Source of the DNA: an uncultured Candidatus Poseidoniales archaeon | GTDB lineage: Archaea; Thermoplasmatota; Poseidoniia; Poseidoniales; Thalassarchaeaceae | Length of the DNA stretch: 64,000 nucleotides | NCBI GenBank assembly: GCA_902573015.1 | Contig: CACGIE010000002.1 | Coordinates: 7,660-71,659, forward strand | Direction: 5' to 3' | In this document: in pieces, positions 30,401 through 37,289 of the stretch | Numbering within the stretch: position 1 is the first letter of the stretch | How the letters are laid out: each line of letters starts with the position of its first letter | Notes under the pieces: generated by a model | Database searches by the model: none | Seen by the model: only the letters and a program-made list of their open reading frames with translations | Told to the model about the DNA's origin: nothing | Program-made: the position numbers and the translations under genes

Positions 30401-31355
30401 CCCTGTTGTCTATGGCCCACTGGGCACCTTGCATCACATCCTCGATATCGCCATCGCAACAACCTAGGATGTTGATCAGGTAGGCTCCGGGAGCTGCACC
30501 GACATATCGTAAACCGGTTCCAGGATCTGTCTGCCCACCACCGGAACCAGCGGCAATTCCTGCGACGTGGGTACCGTGGGTGCCCGAATCATATGACGTA
30601 GAAGGGTCTTGTTCTTCATCGGTGAAAACTGCATCAAAGAAAGCGATAATCTTCGGATCGCAGTCGGAGGGGATTGGCTGTGGCTCTGGGTCCAGAGGAT
30701 CTGGCTCGGGAGGGTCATCGATACAGGTAAAGGGATCATCGTCCATATCGTTAAGGCCCTCATGGTCGCCACGAACTCCTGTATCTAGGATTGCGATTAC
30801 AGATCCAGTTCCGTCTAGTCCGAAGTCATTCCAGACTGTGTCAACAGCCATGTTGGGGACGGCTTCATGCATGTTTGTCTCAGCCAGTCCAAGATCCTCA
30901 ATCATCACAACCCCACTGAGTGATCTGATCCCATTTTCATCCAATATTGAGGACACTGGTGAGGTGGCCGAGACAGTATTGAGGTATCCGAACCTGAAAG
31001 TAACTTCGACCCCTAGTGACTCTAAGGCAGAGATATCGGCATCAGTTGGGTGGTGGTCGTAGTCTACGAAGATCCTTGCATGTTCTTCCGGAGCCCTCCT
31101 CCACCAATCCCTCTTGACTTCCTCCGGTTGCTCAATTAGCCATTCTAGTCTGTCGTCAATGGAGTTGGAATCCTTGTCTCTGCTCCAATGTGTCCACCAT
31201 TTCCAATGTATGTCTGACTCCACTGATGGGGCCCACTTTCCTTCGGCATCAAAACCGCCGTTAGGTACTTCTTCTACCCAAATAGAGGAAGACGCCATGG
31301 GAGCTATTAGGACCAATAGAGCCAGGGGCAAGAACATCGAGCGGCGTCCGGCCAT
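27429..31355 (-). CDS. fusion protein: secreted subtilisin-like S8 protease (with propeptide) + single TM + AmpG/PAT-like MFS permease
   Basis: One uninterrupted 1308-codon frame. Signal peptide. S8 catalytic triad blocks AILDTGV (Asp), HGTHVAG (His), GTSMATP (Ser). Then a TM anchor (FFVPFLLAIALVLFV), an acidic linker, and a 12-14 TM MFS with LYFAQGLPQGF...PWTFKWIWGPLVD (AmpG-like). Confidence 0.85.
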   Translation of the reverse strand: MAGRRSMFLPLALLVLIAPMASSSIWVEEVPNGGFDAEGKWAPSVESDIHWKWWTHWSRDKDSNSIDDRLEWLIEQPEEVKRDWWRRAPEEHARIFVDYDHHPTDADISALESLGVEVTFRFGYLNTVSATSPVSSILDENGIRSLSGVVMIEDLGLAETNMHEAVPNMAVDTVWNDFGLDGTGSVIAILDTGVRGDHEGLNDMDDDPFTCIDDPPEPDPLDPEPQPIPSDCDPKIIAFFDAVFTDEEQDPSTSYDSGTHGTHVAGIAAGSGGGQTDPGTGLRYVGAAPGAYLINILGCCDGDIEDVMQGAQWAIDNRDKYGIDIVTSSLGEQQFEVHIDNDGSSAWSRQMDMVVEAGIITTLSAGNEFGGATLAGCNTIDSPGDAELPVTVASLDKDLGLAIYSSRGYTSDFRVKPDVATIGSSIMAPDAATQDGYTSKSGTSMATPLMAGIAALMVQANPDLTPTEFKDIISAHSIERDIQLLNDPGFNDCSVLETRPDNEFGFGQADPTAFVEAAGSIDRSLNVSMEVSTLQEIGNESYVTGTSSGAAPGTGLVEVKIGGGLWSGAADLSKDGDWSSWSIKLDPHEKSGNSTIYARLVVSDDSISPVDARRVILLDVQFSGSSSSSGLTNLGPIAFFVPFLLAIALVLFVGRREEWLQTTTSESDENHEDSASSLEPEETLSWSERMSKNISELGKGGAITENPIKRVLTLCLLYFAQGLPQGFASVTFAAYLVANGVSVPEIAILFATVSLPWTFKWIWGPLVDSIYIEKYGPRRQWIVFAQTGMALTLGSLLLVPDLNGQIDLVARILFVHNIFSSLQDVATDALAVEVLEPDEVARVNGLMFAAKRVGIIFGGAVLGVLITKIGISGVIAAQLVMLAFIIMVPLLMVEKPGVQLFPWSRTTDVTDSPKSRTDSGALIAEVVDDSEEAPWEEEEEFRVARIVGYSIANKRVSISSFLAVSGACIWLFGFVMDVFTVDWGFGKNVRIGFPALEAKQILGFDLRPWSGTNRISLALILLSVISTGKSRLISPQSEDALPNPILLILAPIGAISNYMPGNGRFDPESVSKTVARTSFYLTKAFSVRSAFLLVIAGLLGELYYFTSPIYVDIFINEAGWSQQKYNGIVGGIALLGSVSGQIIGGILGDKFGIRRVAMVSFLVLALANATFAFLEPMWGNTLVMTIYLIGQYFVAGIALICIISLCMRLTWSKVGGTQFTAYMSILNTSVVFAYTLTERMISVFNYTSAIYIGAALTLVTTFFLLFIDENETDRVLEGRWDGDDELDDLGESPWWDAEEGGEQPVASA

Positions 31356-31401
31356 AGTTCCGCGGACAAATGGTCATGTTTGAGATTTAGGACTACAATA
31401 T

Positions 31402-32301
31402 TCATCCAATAACCTGTACTCCTTGCTCGTCGAAGTCCCAATCCAGAATTTGCCAACCCTCGTCCTCGATGTACTGAGTGGCATATTCCTTGCCAGAAGG
31501 TGAGCAAAGCAAAGCTGAGCACCCCCCTCCCCCGGCCCCTAGCGCCTTCCAAGCTACGATCGATCCTGACTCAATCAGAGGCATGACGACAGCTCGAAAC
31601 GGATCGTGAATAGTGGGGTCGATCATATCGACTCCCTCGCAGACTCCCCTCAATGAAGAAACTACCAAATCTCTCCTATCCTGTTGCAAACCTTTTGCCA
31701 TCTCTCTCGCGGAACTCCTTATCTTGTGCAAACCTTGGATTACTCCCTCGTCCCCATTTGAGTAACTGGACCATACCGATTCCTGGATTTCCCCTGAATT
31801 CCTGCTGCTTCCTGAGTAAGCAATTACCAGGTGCTTCTTCAGCCAATTCAATGAGGACTTCATCGGCTCGAAAGGCATTCTCTCTACCGAGTCTCCAATA
31901 AACAGAAGGTGATTGAAGCCGCCAACTGCAGAGGCCCAATGATCTTGCCTTCCACAGCGATTCTCTTTTGACTCTGAAAGGAATGCCTGCTCGGCTATTT
32001 CATCGAGGTTCTCTAATTGGCTTGACGAAGTTAGCGCTGCCAGTGCAACATTCATCGCTGAACTGGTTCCCAGACCGGAACCACGAGGAACTGGGAAGTC
32101 GAATTCTAAATCAGAATCTTCCACTTCCTCACGTTTCCTTACCCTAACTCTATGATTTATTGCGAAATTTACTACCTCTCCACCAAAATCTGTAGGATAG
32201 GGGGGAACATCGGTCCATCCTCCCGCCAAATCCACCCTTAATGGGGCCGAAGATTCTGTGGAGCCGCTCATAGGACAATGCGAGGGGTTCGAAGACATCA
32301 C
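31402..32301 (-). CDS. GHMP-family sugar kinase (HddA/fucokinase-like)
   Basis: LRVDLAGGWTDVPPYPTDFGGEVVNFAI matches the xRIxFxGGGTDxxxYxxxxGGxVxNxAI N-terminal signature of COG2605 kinases. GHMP ATP motif PRGSGLGTSSAMNVA. Confidence 0.6.
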   Translation of the reverse strand: MMSSNPSHCPMSGSTESSAPLRVDLAGGWTDVPPYPTDFGGEVVNFAINHRVRVRKREEVEDSDLEFDFPVPRGSGLGTSSAMNVALAALTSSSQLENLDEIAEQAFLSESKENRCGRQDHWASAVGGFNHLLFIGDSVERMPFEPMKSSLNWLKKHLVIAYSGSSRNSGEIQESVWSSYSNGDEGVIQGLHKIRSSAREMAKGLQQDRRDLVVSSLRGVCEGVDMIDPTIHDPFRAVVMPLIESGSIVAWKALGAGGGGCSALLCSPSGKEYATQYIEDEGWQILDWDFDEQGVQVIG

Positions 32302-32330
32302 TTTTTCTAGACCGAAAATGTCGGGTATCT

Positions 32331-33062
32331 ATGGCCTCTCCGCGAGACATGGATGATGAGGTAGGGAGGGCGATATCTGCCTTCAAGTCTGGAAGACCCG
32401 TGATGATTTACGATTCAGACTATCGAGAGATGGAAACTGATCTGCTTTGGCATGCAGCAGCAGCGACACCAGAAGTGATTAGAAGGCTCAGAAACGACTG
32501 TGGTGGCCTCCTATTCCTTGCCATAGGTGATGAAATTGGAGAAATGTTCGGCCTTCCTTGGTTACAAGACATTCACTCTCACAAGTCTTTGGTGGAAGAG
32601 AATCCTGTTCTAGGACATCTAGTAACAAATGATCTCCAGTATGACTCAAGATCGGCGTTCACCCTTTCTCTTAACCATAGGGAGACGTTCACGGGAATTA
32701 CAGATAGAGACAGGTCCCTAACAACGAGAAGATTTGGAGAATTATCCGGAGAACTGATAGAAAAAGATGAAAATGGAGCTAGGGCGAAGGAAAGGCTTGG
32801 GAAGGAATTCAGAACTCCTGGCCATATCCCAGTATGCAGAGAGTCCCCTGGGGGTCTAAAGACGCGTCAGGGCCATACCGAACTTGCCGTTTCAATTGCG
32901 AGATTGGCGGGGTTGACAGCTTGTACGATAGGTGCGGAGATGCTAGAACCAGAGGGAGATGGCGCCTTGTCTTTGGAAGGTGCTAGGGCATACGCAAACA
33001 AGCACGGGATTCCAATGATTACCGGAGAGCAGGTTTCAGCAATTTTCAATGAAAAAGATTAG
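32331..33062 (+). CDS. ribB: 3,4-dihydroxy-2-butanone 4-phosphate synthase
   Basis: SGRPVMIYDSDYREMETDLLWHAAAATPEVI parallels the RibB VxVxDDEDRENEGDLxxAAExxT block. 243 aa. Confidence 0.8.
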   Translation: MASPRDMDDEVGRAISAFKSGRPVMIYDSDYREMETDLLWHAAAATPEVIRRLRNDCGGLLFLAIGDEIGEMFGLPWLQDIHSHKSLVEENPVLGHLVTNDLQYDSRSAFTLSLNHRETFTGITDRDRSLTTRRFGELSGELIEKDENGARAKERLGKEFRTPGHIPVCRESPGGLKTRQGHTELAVSIARLAGLTACTIGAEMLEPEGDGALSLEGARAYANKHGIPMITGEQVSAIFNEKD

Positions 33063-33084
33063 GCGAGGCATCTGAGGAGGCTGG

Positions 33085-33546
33085 ATGATGACTAGGGTGA
33101 TGGCAGTTGGGATCTTCGATCTGCTACATGCCGGCCATCTGCACTATGTTGAGCAAGCCAAATCACTTGGTGAGGAGCTAGTTGTTGTAATCGCGCATGA
33201 TGAAACAGTGAGAAAGCAGAAGCACGAGCCAGTGACAGGGCAGGACTTGAGAAGAAGGATGGTTGAAGGACTGAAACCAGTGGATCAGGCAATAATTGGT
33301 AACCCTCCCGGAGTTCCCATATTCGAGATTCTCGGACAGATAAGGCCAGATTTAATCGCACTGGGCTATGATCAGAAGCACTCTATCGATGCAATTAGGA
33401 AAGGATTGGATCAACATGGTTTCGAAGATGTAGAAGTGACACGTGTAGAAGGACTATCTGACGATCTAGACGGAACTAGGAAGATTATCGCAAGAATCCT
33501 TGACCTATGGCCAGGAACAGAGGGCGGACCTTACGAGGAAGATTGA
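33085..33546 (+). CDS. ribL: FAD synthetase, archaeal RibL-type nucleotidyltransferase
   Basis: 153 aa. VMAVGIFDLLHAGHLHYVEQA is the (H/T)xGH cytidylyltransferase-like motif characteristic of RibL. Confidence 0.75.
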   Translation: MMTRVMAVGIFDLLHAGHLHYVEQAKSLGEELVVVIAHDETVRKQKHEPVTGQDLRRRMVEGLKPVDQAIIGNPPGVPIFEILGQIRPDLIALGYDQKHSIDAIRKGLDQHGFEDVEVTRVEGLSDDLDGTRKIIARILDLWPGTEGGPYEED

Positions 33547-33548
33547 GA

Positions 33549-34151
33549 ATGTTTACCGGAATTGTTGCAGGAACTGCCCCCATAGTGGATATCGGTGGTG
33601 ATGATTCAGTACGTACATTTTCTGTGGATCTAAAGGGATTCGATAGTGATCTCGAAATAGGTGCAAGCGTATCATTGGACGGAGTTTGTATGACAGTGGT
33701 GAATTTAGATAACGGGATAGTCTCCTTTGATGCGATTTCTGAGACATTGGAAAGAACTACCCTTTCCAACAGCATGGTAGGGGACTTGCTAAATGTAGAA
33801 AGATCTCTACGCCTTGGAGATGAGTTGGGCGGCCACATCCTCTCTGGACACATTATTGGTACGGCAGAGATTCTGAAAAGAGAAGAGGTTGGGGACGGGG
33901 TTGATTTCCTGATCTCCATTCCAAATGGCTGTAACCAATTCATTCTAGAAAAGGGCTACATCGCAGTTGATGGCATGTCTCTGACAGTAGGAAAATGCGA
34001 CGAAGATTCTTTCTTCCTGCACATTATACCTGAGACGCTAAGGATAACGAGCATTGGAAATAAGTCTGAGGGAGATTTGGTGAATATAGAGATAGACTCC
34101 AGGACTCAGGCAGTGGTGGAGGCAATGATGAGGATGGGTGTTGAATCTTGA
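33549..34151 (+). CDS. ribE: riboflavin synthase, bacterial-type two-repeat alpha subunit
   Basis: Starts MFTGIVAGTAPIV (the canonical MFTGII/V N-terminus). Second repeat begins GHIISGHIIGTAEI. About 200 aa. Confidence 0.8.
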   Translation: MFTGIVAGTAPIVDIGGDDSVRTFSVDLKGFDSDLEIGASVSLDGVCMTVVNLDNGIVSFDAISETLERTTLSNSMVGDLLNVERSLRLGDELGGHILSGHIIGTAEILKREEVGDGVDFLISIPNGCNQFILEKGYIAVDGMSLTVGKCDEDSFFLHIIPETLRITSIGNKSEGDLVNIEIDSRTQAVVEAMMRMGVES

Positions 34152-34540
34152 ATCTGGGTATTGTCTGCGGATCTTTCCACAGGGAACAAGTTGAGAGGAT
34201 GCTGAAATTTGCTATTGATGAGGCTAGTTCGAAAAATTGGGAAGTTTCTGAAGTTGTATGGGTTCCCGGATCGATGGAAGCCCCCCTGGCAATAGATAGG
34301 ATGCTACAGAGTGCCGAAATACAAGGGGCAGTAGTGTTGGGAATTATCGAGAAAGGGCAGACCGATCACGGCCTAGTGATGGGGCAGTCGGTCACTAAGT
34401 CCGTGATTGAACTTCAAATCAAGCATAACAAGCCCATAGGTTTGGGAATCATAGGGCCGGGAGCGGAGCCTGAGCATATCGAGCCCAGACTTGAGCCGCA
34501 TGCCAGATCAGCGGTTGGCGCAGTAGCGGCAATGTCTTAG
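34148..34540 (+). CDS. ribH: 6,7-dimethyl-8-ribityllumazine synthase
   Basis: VVWVPGSMEAPLAIDRML (like VxVPGAFELP) and GAVVLGIIEKGQTDH (like DAVIALGxVIRGxTxH). 130 aa. Start overlaps the ribE stop. Confidence 0.7.
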   Translation: MNLGIVCGSFHREQVERMLKFAIDEASSKNWEVSEVVWVPGSMEAPLAIDRMLQSAEIQGAVVLGIIEKGQTDHGLVMGQSVTKSVIELQIKHNKPIGLGIIGPGAEPEHIEPRLEPHARSAVGAVAAMS

Positions 34541-34552
34541 TGAGAGAAGGTT

Positions 34553-34873
34553 TCACTCGCCGGGAAGGCTCATAGAAGGCAATTCAGTCGAAATGGCTTC
34601 GTCCATATCCTCTACTGTGATAAGAGGTGTCAGCTTTCCATTGAAAACTCCAGATGCTCCAACGTGAAGAGAGAACTTCACGGCCGTTGCCTGTGGGATA
34701 TCGGCAATCATCACGAAATCCATCTCGCCGAACGACCAGTAGTAGGCTTCTAGTGACCCCCCCATGGCTTCAACTATCCTCATCGCTTCTTCCTTCCTTG
34801 CCTTGCCCCCATCTTTTAGTAGGCCAGCGGCACCTTCCTTAGTGTAGTTTCCAGAATACATGTATTTTGGCAT
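34553..34873 (-). CDS. GYD domain protein
   Basis: 106 aa. YWSFGEMDFVMIADIPQATAVKFSL matches the GYD-family core. Confidence 0.7.
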   Translation of the reverse strand: MPKYMYSGNYTKEGAAGLLKDGGKARKEEAMRIVEAMGGSLEAYYWSFGEMDFVMIADIPQATAVKFSLHVGASGVFNGKLTPLITVEDMDEAISTELPSMSLPGE

Positions 34874-34894
34874 GAATTGGCCGCATGATGGTTG

Positions 34895-34902
34895 TTATAT
34901 TA
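34895..34902 (-). promoter_or_regulatory. TATA box (minus strand TAATATAA) for the GYD gene, leaderless spacing
   Basis: The TATA-like octamer ends 21 nt upstream of the GYD ATG, within a T-rich divergent intergenic region shared with trxB. Confidence 0.4.
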
Positions 34903-34984
34903 CGATTTCTTTCTCTATTTTTTCAAAATCGAGCAGGATTTCTGACTGTCAAGATTCAAGGGATGCCTTACACCTCGGTAGCTT

Positions 34985-35914
34985 ATGGGAGAAGATGTCA
35001 GGAGCGTAATCATTGTTGGTTCTGGCCCTGCAGGATACACTGCAGGCCTATATACGGCTAGAGCCCTGCTGGATCCATTGATGTTCGCAGGTTACATGTC
35101 CGGAGGTCAACTAATGTTAACATCAGATGTTGAGAACTTTCCCGGATACCCCAAGGGAATAGGCGGGCCCGAAATGATGATCGATATGAGGGAGCAAGCC
35201 GAAAGGTTCGGTTTGGAGGTTCATGACAAGAATGTCGAAAGAGTCGATCTTTCCGAACGACCCTTTCGGGTTTGGGTCGAAGGAGAGGAGTTCAGGGCTC
35301 ATTCACTGATTATTTGTACAGGTGCAGAAGCAATTTGGCTTGGAGCAGAAGGTGAGGAGGAGCAGAAAGGGCGCGGTATTTCCACATGTGCCACATGTGA
35401 TGGTGCTTTCTTCCGAGACGAAGAGATCATTGTTGTTGGAGGGGGTGATTCAGCGATGGAAGAGGCTACTTTCCTGACTAGGTTTGCGAGAAAGGTTACT
35501 GTCATCCACCGGAGAGATGTGTTCAAGGCGTCAAAGGTCATGTACGAAAGAGCAGAGAAGCATCCTAAAATAGAAATCAAGACATTTAGGCAAGTGAAAA
35601 AATGGATTGCAGGTGAACAAGGCCTTACTGGAGCGATACTAGAGGATCCTCGAGATGGATCGGAGGAGGAGATTAGTTGCGCTGGTGCATTTATTGCGAT
35701 AGGTCACAAACCAATTACTCAATTCTTAGGTGAACAGATTGAGACTGATTCGGAGGGATACATCGTCCACAAGGAGAATACTATGACTGAGGTTCCTGGA
35801 GTTTTCGCTGCAGGGGATGTTGTCGACAAAAGGTATCGTCAAGCGATTACAGCTGCTGGCATGGGGTGCCAAGCTGCGATTGATGCAGAAAAATGGTTGG
35901 AAGAGCAAGATTGA
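34985..35914 (+). CDS. trxB: thioredoxin-disulfide reductase
   Basis: VGSGPAGYTAGLYTARA FAD motif. CATCDG redox-active disulfide. VVGGGDSAMEEA NADPH motif. Confidence 0.9.
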   Translation: MGEDVRSVIIVGSGPAGYTAGLYTARALLDPLMFAGYMSGGQLMLTSDVENFPGYPKGIGGPEMMIDMREQAERFGLEVHDKNVERVDLSERPFRVWVEGEEFRAHSLIICTGAEAIWLGAEGEEEQKGRGISTCATCDGAFFRDEEIIVVGGGDSAMEEATFLTRFARKVTVIHRRDVFKASKVMYERAEKHPKIEIKTFRQVKKWIAGEQGLTGAILEDPRDGSEEEISCAGAFIAIGHKPITQFLGEQIETDSEGYIVHKENTMTEVPGVFAAGDVVDKRYRQAITAAGMGCQAAIDAEKWLEEQD

Positions 35915-35955
35915 CGACCGAAGGTACCTTGATTGGACCCCCTTTCACGGTGACA

Positions 35956-37059
35956 ATGTCAGGCCACCTAAGTCCGGAGCAGAGGGATAGATATGCACGA
36001 CACCTGGTCCTTCCAGGGGTTGGTTCTGAGGGGCAGGAGAAATTGCTGAAATCATCAGTTCTTGTGATAGGAGCAGGGGGCCTTGGGTCTCCAGCATTGA
36101 TGTATTTGGCCGCTGCTGGAGTGGGCAGAATAGGGATTGTTGACAATGATAAAGTCAGTTCATCGAATTTGCAGAGACAGATAATTCACAGTACTTCTTC
36201 TATCGGAAGTGCGAAAGTTAAGTCCGCATCAAATTGGATTTCTGAGTTAAATCCAGATATAGAGATAGAAGAAATTGAAGAGAAGCTAACTAGTGAAAAT
36301 TCGATTCAGATTATTTCTAAATATGACGTAGTTATTGACGGTACAGACAATTTCGAGTCACGATATCTGATTGGTGACTCATGTGAGATTCTAGGTAAAC
36401 CGTGGATTTTTGGTAGTATTCACAGATTTGAGGGGCAGGTGTCATCATTCAATTTCAAGGACGGCCCCAACTATAGGGATTTGTTTCCATCACCTCCGCC
36501 GCCAGAATTAGCGCCTAATTGCTCGGAGGCGGGAGTTCTTGGAATTCTTCCCGGAATTGTCGGAACCATCCAAGCTACTGAGGCGATCAAGATCATTCTT
36601 GGCGTTGGAAACTGTCTGTCCGGAGAATTGCTAGTAATCGATGCCTTGACCATGGATTTCAGGAAACTTGAGTTTTCTTTGAACACCGAACGAGAGAAGG
36701 TAACTTCACTCTCAAAAAAGCAAGAGAAGGGGTTTTCTGAGATAGGTGCTAAGGAATTCTCCGAAAGGAGAAATGAGGGGTGGGCCCCATTCCTACTCGA
36801 TGTTAGAAGATCCGATGAAGAGCAAATTTCCTCTATTGGGGGCACTGATTCTAGAATAATGCATCTAGAAATACCTTCCAGATTGGAAGAGTTGCCCTCG
36901 CAGGGGGATATTGTGGTTTATTGCAGAAGTGGACAGAGGTCTGATGCCGTAGCCAGGTTCATTGTGAATTCCGGATTGTGCAATGGCATAATCTACAACC
37001 TATTAGGGGGGATTAATGCCTGGTCGGACGAGGTAGATCCTACTGTTGTTAAATATTAA
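35956..37059 (+). CDS. moeB: MoeB/ThiF-type adenylyltransferase with C-terminal rhodanese domain
   Basis: LSPEQRDRYARHLVLPGVGSEGQEKL...VIGAGGLGSP is the E1-like nucleotide-binding fold. The C-terminal roughly 100 aa contains the rhodanese active-site Cys (IVVYCRSGQRS). Confidence 0.85.
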   Translation: MSGHLSPEQRDRYARHLVLPGVGSEGQEKLLKSSVLVIGAGGLGSPALMYLAAAGVGRIGIVDNDKVSSSNLQRQIIHSTSSIGSAKVKSASNWISELNPDIEIEEIEEKLTSENSIQIISKYDVVIDGTDNFESRYLIGDSCEILGKPWIFGSIHRFEGQVSSFNFKDGPNYRDLFPSPPPPELAPNCSEAGVLGILPGIVGTIQATEAIKIILGVGNCLSGELLVIDALTMDFRKLEFSLNTEREKVTSLSKKQEKGFSEIGAKEFSERRNEGWAPFLLDVRRSDEEQISSIGGTDSRIMHLEIPSRLEELPSQGDIVVYCRSGQRSDAVARFIVNSGLCNGIIYNLLGGINAWSDEVDPTVVKY

Positions 37060-37232
37060 TGTGGTATATATTATCACAATATGTCTTTTTATTGTGGTAA
37101 TTAATCATAAATATGGTTTAATTTTTTATTTTTTCAATATATGTGGTAAATATAAACTTAATATATCTTTTAATTGTGGTAAAAGTTCTACTCATAATTG
37201 TTTAATACCACATAATATAACTAATTGTGGTA
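37059..37232. repeat. AT-rich (about 20% GC) intergenic array of TGTGGTA(A) iteron-like repeats
   Basis: Direct copies of the core TGTGGTA at 37060, 37093, 37142, 37175 and 37225, plus an inverted copy TACCACA at 37205. Spacings alternate 33 and 49-50 bp, giving a pair period of about 82 bp. The last pair forms TACCACA-N13-TGTGGTA. Confidence 0.7.
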
Positions 37233-37289
37233 AAATGTGAAAATCTTGGCCAATATTGTTGTACTAGGCTCATTCGTGATTCAAACAAT

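Noticed and set aside
27429-31355. Possibility that the protease and the MFS permease are two separate genes
   Set aside because: No stop codon separates them in the frame. An internal ATG exists (ERMSKNISELG), so an additional independently initiated MFS product cannot be excluded, but the upstream frame necessarily reads through. Kept as a fusion pending read-level verification.
37059-37232. Replication origin interpretation of the repeat array
   Set aside because: Not rejected outright, but down-weighted. There is no orc1/cdc6 gene within the window, and the repeat TGTGGTAA does not match the ORB/mini-ORB consensus I can recall. It is listed as one hypothesis to test rather than called.
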